From Carpediemonas membranifera BICM (lineage: Eukaryota; Protista; Fornicata): a stretch of DNA of 64,000 nucleotides. A program made the position numbers and the translations under genes. The notes below the pieces were generated by a model that was not told the origin of the DNA, ran no database searches, and saw only the letters and a program-made list of their open reading frames with translations. The DNA lies in NCBI GenBank assembly GCA_019828565.1, contig JAHDYR010000011.1:483314-547313 (forward strand), written 5' to 3'. Of this stretch, positions 10,180 through 20,849 are shown piece by piece; position 1 is the stretch's first letter; every line of letters starts with the position of its first letter.

Positions 10180-10590
10180 ATGCCTTCCAAGATATACACG
10201 GTGAAGGCTTCCGTTAACAAGGCCATTGGCGAGATTAACGGCGGAGGCGATAACAACGCGCCGCGGCGAGGAAATCTTGAACCCGGCATGCGTTCTTTCA
10301 CGCAGGCTAAGTACACATTCACTTGCCTGCTTGCGTGCGTCTCTGCATCTGCGCACGCGTTGACCCCACCGAGGACGGTCAACCTGTTCGACGAGGAGGT
10401 CCTCGCGCAGATCGTCAGCATTGCTCAGCAAAAGGTGTCGAAGGCAAAGGCAGCGGATCGGTGCAGGTGGATTGGCGACCTGGCGATGTGGAGGGATTCT
10501 TTGGTGCACCTTCGATGCAACTTCAGATCAGATAGAGCAATCTCCTTTCCACTACGACTCCCAGAGAGGTGCTCTTCCTCGCTATCATAA
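10180..10590 (+). pseudogene. Unidentified ORF or gene relic inside the direct-repeat-bounded segment
   Basis: 136-aa ORF with protein-like composition but no recognisable motif. Confidence 0.25.
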
Positions 10591-10702
10591 ACTTGCTAAG
10601 TTGAGCAAACACGCGCTGCAGCGCGCGTGATATGCTGCGCACGATTGATAGAGTATGATGAACCACACTGCGATCCTGATGCTGCTCAGATCACTGTGTG
10701 TT

Positions 10703-10735
10703 TTGGACTCAACAATTCTAATCCTGCGCGGCACA
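10703..10735 (+). repeat. 33-bp direct repeat, copy 2 (ends 19 nt before the neuroguidin ATG)
   Basis: TTGGACTCAACAATTCTAATCCTGCGCGGCACA. Confidence 0.85.
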
Positions 10736-10754
10736 GGCTGGCGGAACGAACGGC

Positions 10755-11846
10755 ATGGTAGTGTCTCTAGAATCATATCTTGAGACTCTGGAGACGGCGA
10801 AAGCCTTGCTGCATCCTCTGGTGCAGAAGACTGAAGCTCTTGCGGAGAAGGTGAAGGAACATGCCGTGAAAACGGACAAGTCTGGCAACTCTCTCCTCCA
10901 GATCAAGGCCCAATGCCTTGCCAGCTACCTTGAGAACCTTTATGTATACATATCTCTCCGTATCACTGGCAAAGAGCCTGAAACCAGCATGTCTGCTGTG
11001 TTTGAGCACGTTCTCTGGTGCCGCGTTGCCCTTGACCGGATTAACCGCATAGAGCCCAAGATCCGCGCCGAACTCGACTTCGCGCTCACCTCTGACACCC
11101 CTGCTGCCGCTGATGCCGCCCCCATGGCCACCATGGGCGTGATCAAGCCCAAGTCTTCGAAGGGCGCCAAGAAGGCCGCGACCTCGGACTCTGACAGTGA
11201 GTCAGAGTCCGATGCTGACAGTGAGGACGAGTCATCTGACTCAGGCCTGCTCTCATCGGACTCTGAGGGCGATGACCTCTTCGACGTCGATCTCAACAAT
11301 GAATCGGACGACGGCACTTACCGTCCCCCGAAGATCGCCGCAGACAAGATGGCCGCGGTCCAGGAGACAGCCGACCGTCGCCTCCGTGACAGTGATATCG
11401 TCCGCGAGGTGATGGCCACCCGAGGCGACGCCCCTGTCGAGGAGTCAGTCCATGGTACGAGGCGGCAGGAGCTTGTCGACATCGATGAGGAGGTCATCGA
11501 GCACGAGGAGGAGAACTACACTCGTGTGGTGGGGTCAACGGGCAAGCCCAAGAAGAAGCAGGCTGCGTCCACAGCCCAGCAGGCTGACGAGATTCTCGAC
11601 GGTATGAACGAGATCACGGACATCTTGGACTACGTCAAGGTCAAGGCCACGCAGCTCGAAAGGAAGCGCAGCAATGTTGCCGCGGAGCCCGAGTTCGAAG
11701 AGGTCGAGGCCAGAGGCTACAAGTCCAAGGGCAAGGGGAGCGGCAGTGGTAAGGCTGGTGGTGCCAGTGGAAAGGGCGGTAGGGGTCAGGGTGAGAGAGG
11801 CCGGGGTAGAGGAACAGGGAGAGGCAGAGGCAGAGGGCGGAAGTGA
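10755..11846 (+). CDS. NGDN: Neuroguidin/Lcp5 (Sas10/Utp3/C1D family, SSU processome)
   Basis: GNSLLQIKAQCLASYLENL, RVALDRINRIEPKI, YRPPKIAA, EEENYTR and a basic RG tail. Confidence 0.8.
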   Translation: MVVSLESYLETLETAKALLHPLVQKTEALAEKVKEHAVKTDKSGNSLLQIKAQCLASYLENLYVYISLRITGKEPETSMSAVFEHVLWCRVALDRINRIEPKIRAELDFALTSDTPAAADAAPMATMGVIKPKSSKGAKKAATSDSDSESESDADSEDESSDSGLLSSDSEGDDLFDVDLNNESDDGTYRPPKIAADKMAAVQETADRRLRDSDIVREVMATRGDAPVEESVHGTRRQELVDIDEEVIEHEEENYTRVVGSTGKPKKKQAASTAQQADEILDGMNEITDILDYVKVKATQLERKRSNVAAEPEFEEVEARGYKSKGKGSGSGKAGGASGKGGRGQGERGRGRGTGRGRGRGRK

Positions 11847-12111
11847 GCCCTGCGGATAAACTAACTGCGGATAGAGAGGGATGGTAGTTATGCTGTCTTG
11901 GCGTTCATGGAGGTCAGCCAGTATTATCCTGGTGTGTTGGCTTCGTTTCACAATTTTGTATCGGATCAAATCTGAGCGGATTTTTGACGGATAGGTCTAC
12001 TGTGGCCCCACAGCCCTGGTGCGGCTCCTCTAAGCACCGGGTTGTCCTTGACAAAGCTCAAAATTCTGGTCATGGATGGTCATCAGAAAACAACGAACGA
12101 ACGACAAACCG

Positions 12112-13638
12112 ATGACAGAGGGCTCTGTTGCAAGCGATAAGACCAAGGAGGTCTTTATAGGCGCTATTGACCAAGGCACCACGTCCAGCAAGTTCATCAT
12201 CTTTTCCTTGGACGGCGAGGTCATCTCCGTTGCCCAAGAGGAGCACGGGCAGATCCACCTGAAGCCCGGATACTGTGAGCACAACCCTGAATCACTCATG
12301 GTGCACATCAACTCCTGCATCGAGCAGGCGCTGCTGAAATTTGAGGAAAAGGGCTACAAGCGCTCCCAGCTCGCGTCTGTGGGCGTGACCAACCAGCGTG
12401 AGACCACCGTCCTGTGGGATGCAGAGACTGGTCAGCCATTCTACAACGCCATCGTCTGGCATGACGTCCGCAACGGCCCCCTTGTCGACGAGCTGTGCAA
12501 CAAGGTCGGCGGCAAGTACGGCCTCTACGCCAAGACAGGACTCAGCATCAGCACGTATCCCAGCGCTACCAAGCTACAGTGGATCATCAACAACGTCCCT
12601 GAGGCACGTGAGGCAATGAAGGAGGGCCGCGCCCGCTTTGGAACCATCGATTCCTGGGTGCTTTGGCGTCTCACCGGGCGTCACATCACTGACATCACCA
12701 ACGCCTCGAGAACCATGCTCTTTGACATCCACAAGAAGGCCTGGGACCCTGAGCTCTGCGCCCTCGTCGGGGTCGACCCGTCGTGTCTTCCTGAAGTCGT
12801 CCCGAGCAGTGCAGTTTACGGCAAAGTCACCAGCAAGAACTGTCCGCTCTCTAAGCTCAACGTAGTCATCAGCGGGTGCATGGGTGACCAACAGGCCGCC
12901 CTCTTCGGCCAGAACTGCTTCCATCCCGGGGAGATGAAGTGCACGTACGGGACCGGCTGCTTCCTCCTCCAGCAGGCCGGCCCCACCGCCCCTGAGGTCG
13001 ACCCAGCCTCCGGCCTCCTCACCACCATCGCCTACGACATCGACGGCACCGTCTGTTACGCCATTGAGGGCGCTGTGGCGTGTGCGGGGTCGATGTTCCA
13101 GTGGCTGCGGGACGACGTCGGTATCTACTCCCGGACCAGTGAGATTGAGCCCCTAGCACGCGAGGTAGACTCCTCGGAGGGCGTGATCCTTGTTCCTGCC
13201 TTTACTGGCCTCTTTGCCCCCCGCTGGCGGCCTGATGCCAGAGCCTGCATCGTGGGCATGACTTTCCGCACCAACCGCTGCCACATCATGCGGGCCGCCC
13301 TCGACGCCGTCTCTTTCCAGGTTGTGGACGTCGTCAAGGCCATGGGCGGTGCCCAGAAGCTCAGTGTCGACGGCGGGATGACTGTCAACCGACTCCTCAT
13401 GCAGACCCAGGCCGACCAGCTTGGCGTTGACGTTGAGGTCAGCAGTATGCCTGAGGTCACCGCACTGGGCGCGGCAATGGCTAGCGGGCTTGCTGTGGGT
13501 TTGTATAAGGACTTTGACGATATTAAGGCGCACGGTGGTAAGAAGTCGACCGTGACACCGACGAGTACGGCAGAGCAACGGGAAGCGTGGTCGGAGCAAT
13601 GGGAGAAGGGTATTGCCAGGGCTCTCGACTGGGTTTAA
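12112..13638 (+). CDS. GK: Glycerol kinase
   Basis: AIDQGTTSSK, TNQRETT, GDQQAALFGQ, KCTYGTGCF, PAFTGLFAP, VDGG, TALGAA. The start could instead be 12076. Confidence 0.96.
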   Translation: MTEGSVASDKTKEVFIGAIDQGTTSSKFIIFSLDGEVISVAQEEHGQIHLKPGYCEHNPESLMVHINSCIEQALLKFEEKGYKRSQLASVGVTNQRETTVLWDAETGQPFYNAIVWHDVRNGPLVDELCNKVGGKYGLYAKTGLSISTYPSATKLQWIINNVPEAREAMKEGRARFGTIDSWVLWRLTGRHITDITNASRTMLFDIHKKAWDPELCALVGVDPSCLPEVVPSSAVYGKVTSKNCPLSKLNVVISGCMGDQQAALFGQNCFHPGEMKCTYGTGCFLLQQAGPTAPEVDPASGLLTTIAYDIDGTVCYAIEGAVACAGSMFQWLRDDVGIYSRTSEIEPLAREVDSSEGVILVPAFTGLFAPRWRPDARACIVGMTFRTNRCHIMRAALDAVSFQVVDVVKAMGGAQKLSVDGGMTVNRLLMQTQADQLGVDVEVSSMPEVTALGAAMASGLAVGLYKDFDDIKAHGGKKSTVTPTSTAEQREAWSEQWEKGIARALDWV

Positions 13639-13753
13639 ATTGTGAACTATGATTAGATAGGGTCGCATCGCCTGATCTGGCGTTGACCAGGCTGCACTTT
13701 AGCCTCGCAATTGTGCCATCCGTTTGGTTATTCGATTGTGAAGTTTACAGTGC

Positions 13754-15655
13754 ATGTATAGTCAAAGCCAGCAACCATACGGTCAGCAACCACAGCCAAT
13801 GCAGCCCCCAGGACCGTCATATGGCCAATCATCGCAGCCCGCAGCCCCTCCAGGACCCTACGGCCAGCCCAGCAGCCAAGCGCCGTCATCTAGCGCACCA
13901 TACGGCTTTGAAGAACACACAGTTTCTCCCGCAGCAGCCAGCAGCACATATTCCCAGCCGGGGATGTACAGCTATACGCCCTCAGCCTCTGACCCGTACA
14001 GCATGCCGCAATCCGCATCCTTCACCCCCACTGACATCAACTACGGCGCCCAGGCTATGGCTCCAGACACACAGGTGACCTCCATGGTCGAGCTAAGCCT
14101 CGCTTGCATTAACCTGCCCAATCTTGACGTTCTCTCCAAGACGGACGCCGTTATCGTAGCCTACGAGCACAACGCCATCACACACTCGATGAAGGAGGTG
14201 GGTCGCACCGAGGTGATCAAGGACAGCCTTAACCCGCGATTCGTGCGAAAGATCAAGATGCCCTACTACTTCGAGATGTCCCAGAATCTCGTCTTCCGGG
14301 CCTACGACATCGACGATTGGAAGCACATCAACGACATGAGCAAGCAGGAGCACATTGGCGACTGCCGAGTCTCTCTGGCGGCGATCATTAACGCCCCCAA
14401 ACAGATGCTGACGACCCCTCTCCGCCTTCCAAGCTCGAAGAAGGGACGGGGAGAGCTTGTGATCACCGCCGAGCAGCTTACTGAGTGCGATCTCGGGGCG
14501 ACGTTCAGGTTCCGCGTCTCTGGTCTTCCACGCACCGATCTCTTTGGGTCATGTGATCCCTTCATCGAGATCCGCCGCACGATGGAGTCGGGTGGCTCCG
14601 TGGTTGTCTGGAAGAGCGAATACCACAAGAGAAAGCTCAAGGTGGCGTTCAACGAGACCAAGGTCGACCTTGTCACCCTTTGTAATGGAGACAGAAGTAG
14701 GACGCTCATCATCGCGGTGCTCGACTGGAATCGGTCAGGATCGCATGAGTTTATCGGGCAGGTGGAGCTCAACGTCGACCAGCTCGAGGAGGCTGGCCGG
14801 CAGGGGCAGAGCTTTACTTTCAAGAACCCCCGCAAGTCGACGCCGCAAAAGAGGCAGAAGTCTAGGGGCAAGCTGATCATCGATAAGTTCACCATCCACA
14901 AGGTGCCTACATTCTTCGACTTCCTCCGCCGCGGCCTCCAGCTGCACCTCTCCGTCGCCATAGACTTCACCGCCTCCAACGGCAACCCGGCAGACTCCCG
15001 CTCCCTCCACTACATGGGCGACCCCAACCGCCCCAACGAGTACCAGCAGGCGATCAGGTCCGTGGGCGAGGTCCTGGCGCCGTATGAACCAAACGGAATC
15101 TTCACTGCACTGGGCTTCGGCGCGGCACTGCAGCCTGCGAACCGGGTGTCCCACTGCTTTAACCTGGCTCCGGGCGACGGAACTGTCGCGGGCCCTATAG
15201 GCATCGAGCAGGTTTACAAGCAAGCTCTGGCGAGCGTCAGACTCTCTGGGCCGACACTGTTCGGGCCCATCATAGAGACATGTCGCCGCAGGGCACTGCA
15301 GCGGGGCCCTGGGCACTATGATGTGCTGCTCATCATCACTGACGGCGTTGTAACCGACGTCCAGAACTCAATCAGAGCCGTAGTGGCGGCGGGAAAGACA
15401 CCAATGAGCATCATCATCGTTGGCGTTGGAAGAGAAGACTTCACGCAGATGGAGGTCCTTGACGCCGACGAGGAGCCCCTCATCACAGACTCGGGCGAGC
15501 GAATGGTCCGAGATATTGTCCAGTTCGTCCCCATGCGCCATGTCTCCCGGAGCCAGCAGATGGTCGCCGCAGAGACCCTGCAGGAGCTCCCGCGACAGGT
15601 CGTGGACTGGTACGAACTGGCCCAGCGCATGGGCGTTCCCTTCCTTCTGGACTAG
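13754..15655 (+). CDS. Copine (C2-C2-vWA) with Q/P-rich N-terminus
   Basis: Two C2 domains (NLDVLSKTD, GRTEVIKDSLNPRF, DLFGSCDPF) and a vWA domain (AIDFTASNG, LLIITDG, RDIVQFVP). Confidence 0.93.
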   Translation: MYSQSQQPYGQQPQPMQPPGPSYGQSSQPAAPPGPYGQPSSQAPSSSAPYGFEEHTVSPAAASSTYSQPGMYSYTPSASDPYSMPQSASFTPTDINYGAQAMAPDTQVTSMVELSLACINLPNLDVLSKTDAVIVAYEHNAITHSMKEVGRTEVIKDSLNPRFVRKIKMPYYFEMSQNLVFRAYDIDDWKHINDMSKQEHIGDCRVSLAAIINAPKQMLTTPLRLPSSKKGRGELVITAEQLTECDLGATFRFRVSGLPRTDLFGSCDPFIEIRRTMESGGSVVVWKSEYHKRKLKVAFNETKVDLVTLCNGDRSRTLIIAVLDWNRSGSHEFIGQVELNVDQLEEAGRQGQSFTFKNPRKSTPQKRQKSRGKLIIDKFTIHKVPTFFDFLRRGLQLHLSVAIDFTASNGNPADSRSLHYMGDPNRPNEYQQAIRSVGEVLAPYEPNGIFTALGFGAALQPANRVSHCFNLAPGDGTVAGPIGIEQVYKQALASVRLSGPTLFGPIIETCRRRALQRGPGHYDVLLIITDGVVTDVQNSIRAVVAAGKTPMSIIIVGVGREDFTQMEVLDADEEPLITDSGERMVRDIVQFVPMRHVSRSQQMVAAETLQELPRQVVDWYELAQRMGVPFLLD

Positions 15656-15699
15656 TAAAATACGTACACACGACATGGCTTAATTTATGCCGAGGCCAC

Positions 15700-17193
15700 T
15701 CAGACCTTGTCCAACCCGCTTAGCAGACCCCGACCCGCCCCGACCGTCGCACGTGGGGTAAACGATGTCCGGCTTACTCGTGGGACAAACATCTGGGCCG
15801 ACACGGAGGGCTCGGCTGGACGCTGAACAGAGGGCGACATGGTGGCCGCCAGATGGCTGGTAAGCGCGGACAGCGAGCTCTTGCTCTTAGCACGGTGGGC
15901 CTCGGCCTCAGCTGTCTTGGCTGCGGCGCTCGGCTCGCGGCGAGTGACGGGGGTCAGAGGCGTGACCGAGGGCGCCGCGACCACTACCATTGGCTGTACA
16001 ACAGGCGTGGGGGCCGGTCGTGCGGCCGCGTTGCTGAACATGGAGGTCGACTGGGGCTGGGCTCCGAAGCCGGTGGCTGGAGCCGAGTTGAACGTCGGTG
16101 TGGCGCCAAAGCCGGTCGACGCGGGGGCCGACCCGAAGCCAGTTGACGGAGCCGCGCCGAACCCAGAAGAAGCACCAAATCCGGTGGCTGTTTTGACTCC
16201 AAATCCACTTTGGGGGGCAGGCTGGGCACCGAATCCGGCACCAGGGGTCGCCCCGAAGGACGAGGTCTGCTGGGGTTGCCCGAAAGGACTCTGTGTAGCT
16301 GCGGGCGCTCCGAACGTCGACGTGGCACCCTGCTGGGACGCCCCGAATGCGCTGGGTTGGGCAGTCTGCCCAAAGGGGCTCGACTGGGCCTGACCGAACG
16401 CAGTGGCGGGCCTCGCCTGGCCAAAGGCAGACTGGCCTGTCTGCCCGAACGCTGTGGCCGCCTGGGGGGTGCCGGTCTGACCGAACATGGGCGTGGTGCT
16501 TTGGCCAAAGGTCGAGGCCGGGGCGGACGTGGATGCTTGGCCAAAGGCGGTAGGCTGGGCTGGCTGGCCGAGCGGAGAGGATGTGGCCTGACCGAATGCT
16601 GACGTCGGCTGCTGTGTCTGGCCAAAGGCGCCTCCAGGACGGCTGAAAGGGGAGGAGGAGGCCTGGCCAAATGCACTAGTCGGTTGCTGGGGCTGCTGGC
16701 CAAAGGCACCGGTCATAGGAGACGAGGTAAAACCACTCGCCGGGCGCTGGCCGAATGCAGTCGTGGCGCCTGGTGTCGAGCCGAACCCACCGGTGGACGG
16801 CTGAGTCTGGCCGAATGGACTGGCAGTCGTGGTTGATCCGAAGGCGGGCTTTTGCCCAAAGGCGCTGGTAGACTGCTGGCCGAACATGCCTGTCTGCTGC
16901 TGCGGCTGCTGGGCTGCACCGCCGAAGCCTCCGAAAGGGTTGTTCGTCTGCGGGGTGGTTTGGCCGAATGGGGAAGCTGTGGGCTGAGAAACCTTAGTAC
17001 CTGTGCTCATATTCGCCTTGTAGTCCTCATATCGCATGAGAGCGAGCGGCATGGCGGAATAGCAATCCATGGCATTGATAGATGTGTTGCGCCACGTTAC
17101 AGAACGCTGAATGCCGTTTCTCTTTTCATTTTGGCGTGTAGTAGTCTCCTGGTATGGCCTACGCCTCGAAGCCGTATTCCCCCACGAGTTCAT
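15700..17193 (-). CDS. FG-repeat nucleoporin with GLEBS motif (Nup98/Nup116-like N-terminal part)
   Basis: SINAMDCYSAMPLALMRYEDY resembles GLEBS; more than 25 FG repeats (SAFGQ, SPFGQ, TGFGA). Confidence 0.8.
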   Translation of the reverse strand: MNSWGNTASRRRPYQETTTRQNEKRNGIQRSVTWRNTSINAMDCYSAMPLALMRYEDYKANMSTGTKVSQPTASPFGQTTPQTNNPFGGFGGAAQQPQQQTGMFGQQSTSAFGQKPAFGSTTTASPFGQTQPSTGGFGSTPGATTAFGQRPASGFTSSPMTGAFGQQPQQPTSAFGQASSSPFSRPGGAFGQTQQPTSAFGQATSSPLGQPAQPTAFGQASTSAPASTFGQSTTPMFGQTGTPQAATAFGQTGQSAFGQARPATAFGQAQSSPFGQTAQPSAFGASQQGATSTFGAPAATQSPFGQPQQTSSFGATPGAGFGAQPAPQSGFGVKTATGFGASSGFGAAPSTGFGSAPASTGFGATPTFNSAPATGFGAQPQSTSMFSNAAARPAPTPVVQPMVVVAAPSVTPLTPVTRREPSAAAKTAEAEAHRAKSKSSLSALTSHLAATMSPSVQRPAEPSVSAQMFVPRVSRTSFTPRATVGAGRGLLSGLDKV

Positions 17194-17359
17194 GCCAATG
17201 AGCAAGAGTTGCGCATATTCTGCGAAGTGTCGACTTCTCAGATGATCCGAGTAATATGACAGTCAGGCCAGGTGGTATGGCCCACAACAGCACTCACCAG
17301 CCCTTCACATGTGTGTGTTTCTCTCAACATTGAGTTGCACTATTCAGCACTCGCCGACG

Positions 17360-20300
17360 ATGACCGAGGGAGCGGTGGACGCGTTTCCCGACGAGTATAT
17401 AAGCGTTCTGTGGGACTGTATGTCCCAAATGCTCATCGAGATGTCCATTGGCAAGAAGGGATCCCCCGTCGTGGGATACAGTCTTACCAACGGCAAAACC
17501 AAGCGTGTAACGCATATCCTGGTTCCTGCACCCATGGAAGCTGATGTTCGATGCCTTTTACTGACGAATTCGACGTTCCTGGAGCGCGGTATGACTGGCC
17601 TCACCCCTTTGAAAGAGGGCAACGTTCGCCACCGGGCCTTTGCCGCCGAGCAGGACGTCCCGAAGAACTATACACTCAGAAACGCCCTGAATGCACTCAT
17701 TCCCGCCTGTCCAGATGGCGCGATCCCCCTTTTCTTCGTTCCCGGCAGGCCCCGCGCATTATGGAACGGCAGCAGCGTCCAACGCCCACAGCTCGAGGCC
17801 ACAGACGCTGCGGAGTACATATTCGCCAAGGTCCTCGAGCCAATGGTCATTGACAGTCCAGCTTCCCTCTCTGCGGCCGCCCGTGGTTGCCGCTTCTTCC
17901 TCCCACAGACACCGGACGCCAAGCCGCCGACAGAAGCGATGCCCAACGGAAAGACTGCTGCCAACAGCAAATACCCCCTTCGCCTCGTCCTAGACACACT
18001 TGAGGGCACTCCTGTTCCCACTGCCCTCCCCGCCCTGGTGGCGCACGTCGAGGCGATACGGCCTCTTAACGGGCCCGATGTGCTCAGACGGACGTTCACC
18101 AAGATCAACGAGCACCAGGCGGCTGCTTTGAGGGATAAGATCGCCTTCGCCTGGGCGTGTGATGCTGCCCTGGCGTGTCTGGCCATCCCAGCTCACGTGG
18201 ACGCCGTTCCACGCCTGCTACGGGCGCTAGAGGGAGCTCAAAGCGACAGCAAGCATACCACAGCGTACAGAGAGACCGCGATCGTCGCTATCCTCTCCCG
18301 TGCGTTTGACAGCACCATCGCCCCAGCTCAGCTTTCAGCCATCCTCGAGGCCTCCATGAAAGCTGCTCCCACCTCACTGCCGGCCTTCCTGCCCAAGGCA
18401 GACCCTGCCCTCACGCTTTCCCGGGTCCGACGTGTCCTCGAAGACCCTGGACTGCATGGTGTTGTCGGACCGGCACTCAGGACAGCCGCCGGGTTGCGGA
18501 TATTGCCCAGAGCGGTCGAGATTATCGAGCAGGCCGCAGATAGTCTGACCTTCACCACGGTGGCCATGCCGCTGTCGTCCGCCGGGTCAGCTCTGCTCGC
18601 CGTCCCTCGTTCGTCCCTTAAGATCGCCCTCGGCCTCCTCGTCGAGCGGATAGCGGCCGGGGGGAGAGGCGTGGGCCTCTTCACAGTAACCGGACTGCTA
18701 CTAGACCACGCCCTGGTCGACGCTGACACCGCTGCGACCCTCCTCGCTGCCACTCAACCACTCATCGACACTGTGACAGCTCTTGTGTCGGGCGAGTGGC
18801 GTTCAAACATGCCGCCACACGGATTGTACCTGCACCGCGTCTGCTGCTCCTTTACAGAGCTGGCGACGCTGACTGCCCGCCCCGACACGGCACCCCCGCC
18901 CCCACAGACCCTGCCCGCACCTGACACACTGCCAAATGACGACTTCATTCTCAGACAACTGGCCGAGCTGGTCATACTTGGGGCGGTCGAGTCCCCCGGT
19001 CGCGTCTTAGTCGACGCCCTCGTAGCCACCGCGGCAGGGAGAGAGTTTGTCGTCAGCCGCGGTCTCCTCATGGAGGGGGTCAAGCCTGGGTCGAGGAAGA
19101 CCCTGCGGCGGCTGAGGCCACTCCTGAATGACCCTGCTTTGCTCGTACAGGCCATGCCCGATGCCTTGGGCGATATTCTGACGGCACTGAATTCTGCAGT
19201 CGGTGATGACGATGCAGTTTTAGGCTCAGTCGTGGAGGTGTGGAAGACGCTGGCGAAGCTGCCCCGGAACCCCGCCATCCCGACTAGGGAGAGCCTAAAG
19301 GCCCTGGCAGAGGTCAGAGCGGCAGGTGGGGCTGAGCAGGTATGCACTGAGGCCATCGGGTATATATTGTCAAACGCTGCCTCAGACGCCAAGGACCAGC
19401 GGACTGGAGACGCCCTCGAGCCCGTACTGCACGAGCAGGATGTCGACAAGTTCGGGCTGACCCCCGACGAGGCCGTTCTCGTCGGTCGAGGTTGTGCCGA
19501 CCAAGGGTGCACGAACCCTATGGTGATCCTGGGGCAGATCGCATCAAATCGGATCAAAATCCCATCAGAATCCGATATTAATGTCGTCAAGCATATCACC
19601 AAGATCCACCGCCATCCGTCGAAATCGAAGTACGTCTATCATTTCCTCGACTCCGACCGCACGCCCATCCAACTACACGCGCGACTCGACATCGTTGCGG
19701 CACTCAAGGCTGCGGTCTGCACTGACTGTCTCGCGCTGATCGCCCAGTCAAGACTCACTGCTGAGGCCAGACGGATCGTGTCCAAGCTGATCAATGCCCA
19801 GGCCGACCCGCTGACTCTGCTCAAGTCGGTTGTGGCCTCGATTCCCGACCCAGCAGCTGTAATCGCCCAGCTGTCTGGCGGCATCACCGCGGAGTCACTG
19901 GACGCCTGTGCCGAGCTCCTCTCCGCCGCCGAGCCTGTCTTCCGACTACTCGGCATCCAAGCAGCCTCTGCCCTGGGAGTTGACGAGCTCCCCTTCAGAG
20001 CCTACCTCGCCCTCGGCCGCGTCCTCAAGCAACGCATGGACAACGGGTTCCCCCCCTCTGTCGTGGGCCGGGCCGACACACTCGCGGTAGACCTCGGGAG
20101 AACGCTCAGCGCCGCTCTCCAGGCCATCCCCGTCTGCTGTCGGCGCAGCGCCATGCCCTCGCTCTTCAGCGCCGTACCCCCTGCGTTGGGTGCCCTTCCG
20201 GCACTCACGGCAGAGCCGCTGTGGCGCGACGTGAGCACAGCTCTTGTCGGCGTGATCGCACTCGACCAGGCAGCAGCCAAAGGTGCCCGGAAGGACGGGA

Positions 20301-20656
20301 AGCAGACTGTCAGCGGGCAGCACTTCCTGGCGCTCACTGCGGCCGTATCCTCGCTGCTGGCCGCTCGCCCGGTTCACTGGGCATCGGCTGACCGGCTTGT
20401 GACCACATACATCGACATGGCCGCGTCCTCAGGCTTCCAGCCGTTCGTAGTCCCCGTTCTTGCAGGAGCTATCCAGGCCTACGCCGCGACGGAGTTCAGG
20501 TCGCCCTCGGTCGACGCTTCTCTCGGGGATGCCATCATTGCACTCCCACCTGGGTTGCAGACAAGGGTTGCCAGCCAGCTTGACCGATCCGGGCATGAGC
20601 TGTACGGCGCCCTCTACCAGCTGGGTAGTGTTAAGCAGTTTAGCGGTAATGTGTAA
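17360..20656 (+). CDS. Large helical protein, probable URB2/Npa2-like ribosome biogenesis factor
   Basis: About 1100-aa alpha-helical ORF; C-terminus VASQLDRSGHELYGALY...KQFSGNV resembles the Urb2 C-terminal motif. Confidence 0.45.
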   Translation: MTEGAVDAFPDEYISVLWDCMSQMLIEMSIGKKGSPVVGYSLTNGKTKRVTHILVPAPMEADVRCLLLTNSTFLERGMTGLTPLKEGNVRHRAFAAEQDVPKNYTLRNALNALIPACPDGAIPLFFVPGRPRALWNGSSVQRPQLEATDAAEYIFAKVLEPMVIDSPASLSAAARGCRFFLPQTPDAKPPTEAMPNGKTAANSKYPLRLVLDTLEGTPVPTALPALVAHVEAIRPLNGPDVLRRTFTKINEHQAAALRDKIAFAWACDAALACLAIPAHVDAVPRLLRALEGAQSDSKHTTAYRETAIVAILSRAFDSTIAPAQLSAILEASMKAAPTSLPAFLPKADPALTLSRVRRVLEDPGLHGVVGPALRTAAGLRILPRAVEIIEQAADSLTFTTVAMPLSSAGSALLAVPRSSLKIALGLLVERIAAGGRGVGLFTVTGLLLDHALVDADTAATLLAATQPLIDTVTALVSGEWRSNMPPHGLYLHRVCCSFTELATLTARPDTAPPPPQTLPAPDTLPNDDFILRQLAELVILGAVESPGRVLVDALVATAAGREFVVSRGLLMEGVKPGSRKTLRRLRPLLNDPALLVQAMPDALGDILTALNSAVGDDDAVLGSVVEVWKTLAKLPRNPAIPTRESLKALAEVRAAGGAEQVCTEAIGYILSNAASDAKDQRTGDALEPVLHEQDVDKFGLTPDEAVLVGRGCADQGCTNPMVILGQIASNRIKIPSESDINVVKHITKIHRHPSKSKYVYHFLDSDRTPIQLHARLDIVAALKAAVCTDCLALIAQSRLTAEARRIVSKLINAQADPLTLLKSVVASIPDPAAVIAQLSGGITAESLDACAELLSAAEPVFRLLGIQAASALGVDELPFRAYLALGRVLKQRMDNGFPPSVVGRADTLAVDLGRTLSAALQAIPVCCRRSAMPSLFSAVPPALGALPALTAEPLWRDVSTALVGVIALDQAAAKGARKDGKQTVSGQHFLALTAAVSSLLAARPVHWASADRLVTTYIDMAASSGFQPFVVPVLAGAIQAYAATEFRSPSVDASLGDAIIALPPGLQTRVASQLDRSGHELYGALYQLGSVKQFSGNV

Positions 20657-20849
20657 CGTAAACACAACGGTTTATGACGGTTGGGTGACTGGGGGTAGGC
20701 CCACGGAGTGAGCGTGAGACAATTGCTGGGATTGGTCTGCTCTCCTTCTGTCAAGACGGATGAGCGATGTTTACTCTATACATACGCACATGTAAGCGAT
20801 AAATGGGGTTCATGATGACAGACTGCGACACATTGTCGGCGAGCAGTGG

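Noticed and set aside
16080-16970. Regularly recurring GGCCAAAGGC/CCGAA units resembling a repeat array
   Set aside because: They are codons for FG(Q) repeats of the nucleoporin, not a CRISPR or DNA-level array.
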